Shown: one piece after another, positions 44,297-44,971 of the stretch
How positions within the stretch are numbered: the stretch's first letter is position 1
Layout: the number at the start of each line of letters is the position of its first letter
Made by a program: the position numbers and the translations under genes
The notes under the pieces: model-generated
Seen by the model: the letters and a program-made list of their open reading frames with translations, nothing else
Databases searched by the model: none
Told to the model about the DNA's origin: nothing
From: a virus
Lineage: Duplodnaviria > Caudoviricetes
Strand: one strand, 5' to 3'
IMG/VR virus record: IMGVR_UViG_3300037439_000094
Span: 1 to 44,971 of that record
DNA length: 44,971 nucleotides

Positions 44297-44971
44297 TTAT
44301 TGGGTCGCCTGGGGAGCAAGGTGCGGGTACACCTTCCACAGGACATCTCGTGTGAGGTTGGGGGTCGCATCCCACATGGTCGGAGGAGCGGTACTTGACG
44401 GAGTGCCGTATAGAACCGCGGGGACTCGGGCCTGAACCCTCTGCCCTGCATAGTAGAGGGGATTTGTTGGTCGGGTGAGTAACCACCGCGATTCATACGG
44501 CTCCCCGTACTGGTCGAACGCGAAGGACCCGTCCGCGTTCCTGTACTGCTCCATCTCGAGATAACCGATGATGTCAAACCAGTACGGGAGAGCAGCTCTG
44601 ATACCACCCTCGAGGTTCGGCTCGAACATACCCGAACTCTGCAGCCGAGTCTCAGCTACGAACACGGCCATCTGCATCGGGTTGATGGGGTGCAAGGTGA
44701 GGTCTCGGTAACCACGGAGGACGATGTCCATCCGTCGAAGCAGCTCACCCCACTGATCCTGCTTCCACTTGTCGCCGGCCGGGCTGATCTTGTCCTTGAG
44801 CTTGCGCTGGATCTCCGAGATCGAGTCAAGGATGATCGATCTGAAATGGTGCTGACCGGTCTCGAGCCACACGAGGCCCTGCACCAGTACCTCGAAGTCG
44901 GTGACGATCACCATACACGCGTCCCAGGAACCGTCCCATGCCGGGGGCGGACCCATCTTCGGGTTCCAGGG
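44297..44971 (-). CDS. AAA_24/Sak4-like ATPase (5' end outside the window)
   Basis: Walker B IILDSISE, QWGEL, P.LEG, FDIIGYL; frame open to the window edge. Confidence 0.8.
   Translation of the reverse strand, partial: PWNPKMGPPPAWDGSWDACMVIVTDFEVLVQGLVWLETGQHHFRSIILDSISEIQRKLKDKISPAGDKWKQDQWGELLRRMDIVLRGYRDLTLHPINPMQMAVFVAETRLQSSGMFEPNLEGGIRAALPYWFDIIGYLEMEQYRNADGSFAFDQYGEPYESRWLLTRPTNPLYYAGQRVQARVPAVLYGTPSSTAPPTMWDATPNLTRDVLWKVYPHLAPQATQ

Noticed and set aside
1-44971. Integrase, repressor cassette, LysB, capsid protease, MuF, TET/JBP, CmoA or thymidylate synthase genes
   Set aside because: No recognisable motifs in this window. The genome continues beyond both edges, so absence from the phage is not established.

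Overview
This window is about 45 kb of a high-GC tailed dsDNA phage (siphovirus-type gene set, probably an actinobacterial host); both ends cut through genes. 1-3430 is a leftward operon of small genes with heavily structured intergenic regions. About 3430-3680 is a divergent control region and possible genome end. 3845-9911 holds small rightward genes, a MazG-like gene and a putative terminase small subunit. 9886-33980 is a full virion module: TerL, a beta-propeller protein, portal, putative head fibre, scaffold, decoration protein, major capsid, connectors, major tail protein, frameshifted tail chaperones, tape measure and tail-tip proteins. 34016-36975 is the lysis region. 37136-44971 is a leftward replication and DNA-modification block: primase-polymerase/SF3 helicase, tandem wHTH protein, atypical C5-cytosine methyltransferase, dimeric dUTPase/dCTPase-like enzyme, T4 beta-glucosyltransferase-like protein, DUF669-like SSB with a Pro/Gln tail, and a Sak4-like AAA ATPase. 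The best candidate for a new system is a DNA hypermodification cassette. Its C5-MTase naturally carries Lys in place of the motif X Asn, the change that, as I recall, turns engineered MTases into carboxymethyltransferases, and it lies in the same cassette as a BGT-like DNA glycosyltransferase. The early promoter and first gene form a nearly CpG-free island, which may mark DNA that must stay unmodified. No integrase, tRNA or CRISPR array was seen. All family calls come from motifs and synteny read by eye, not from database searches.
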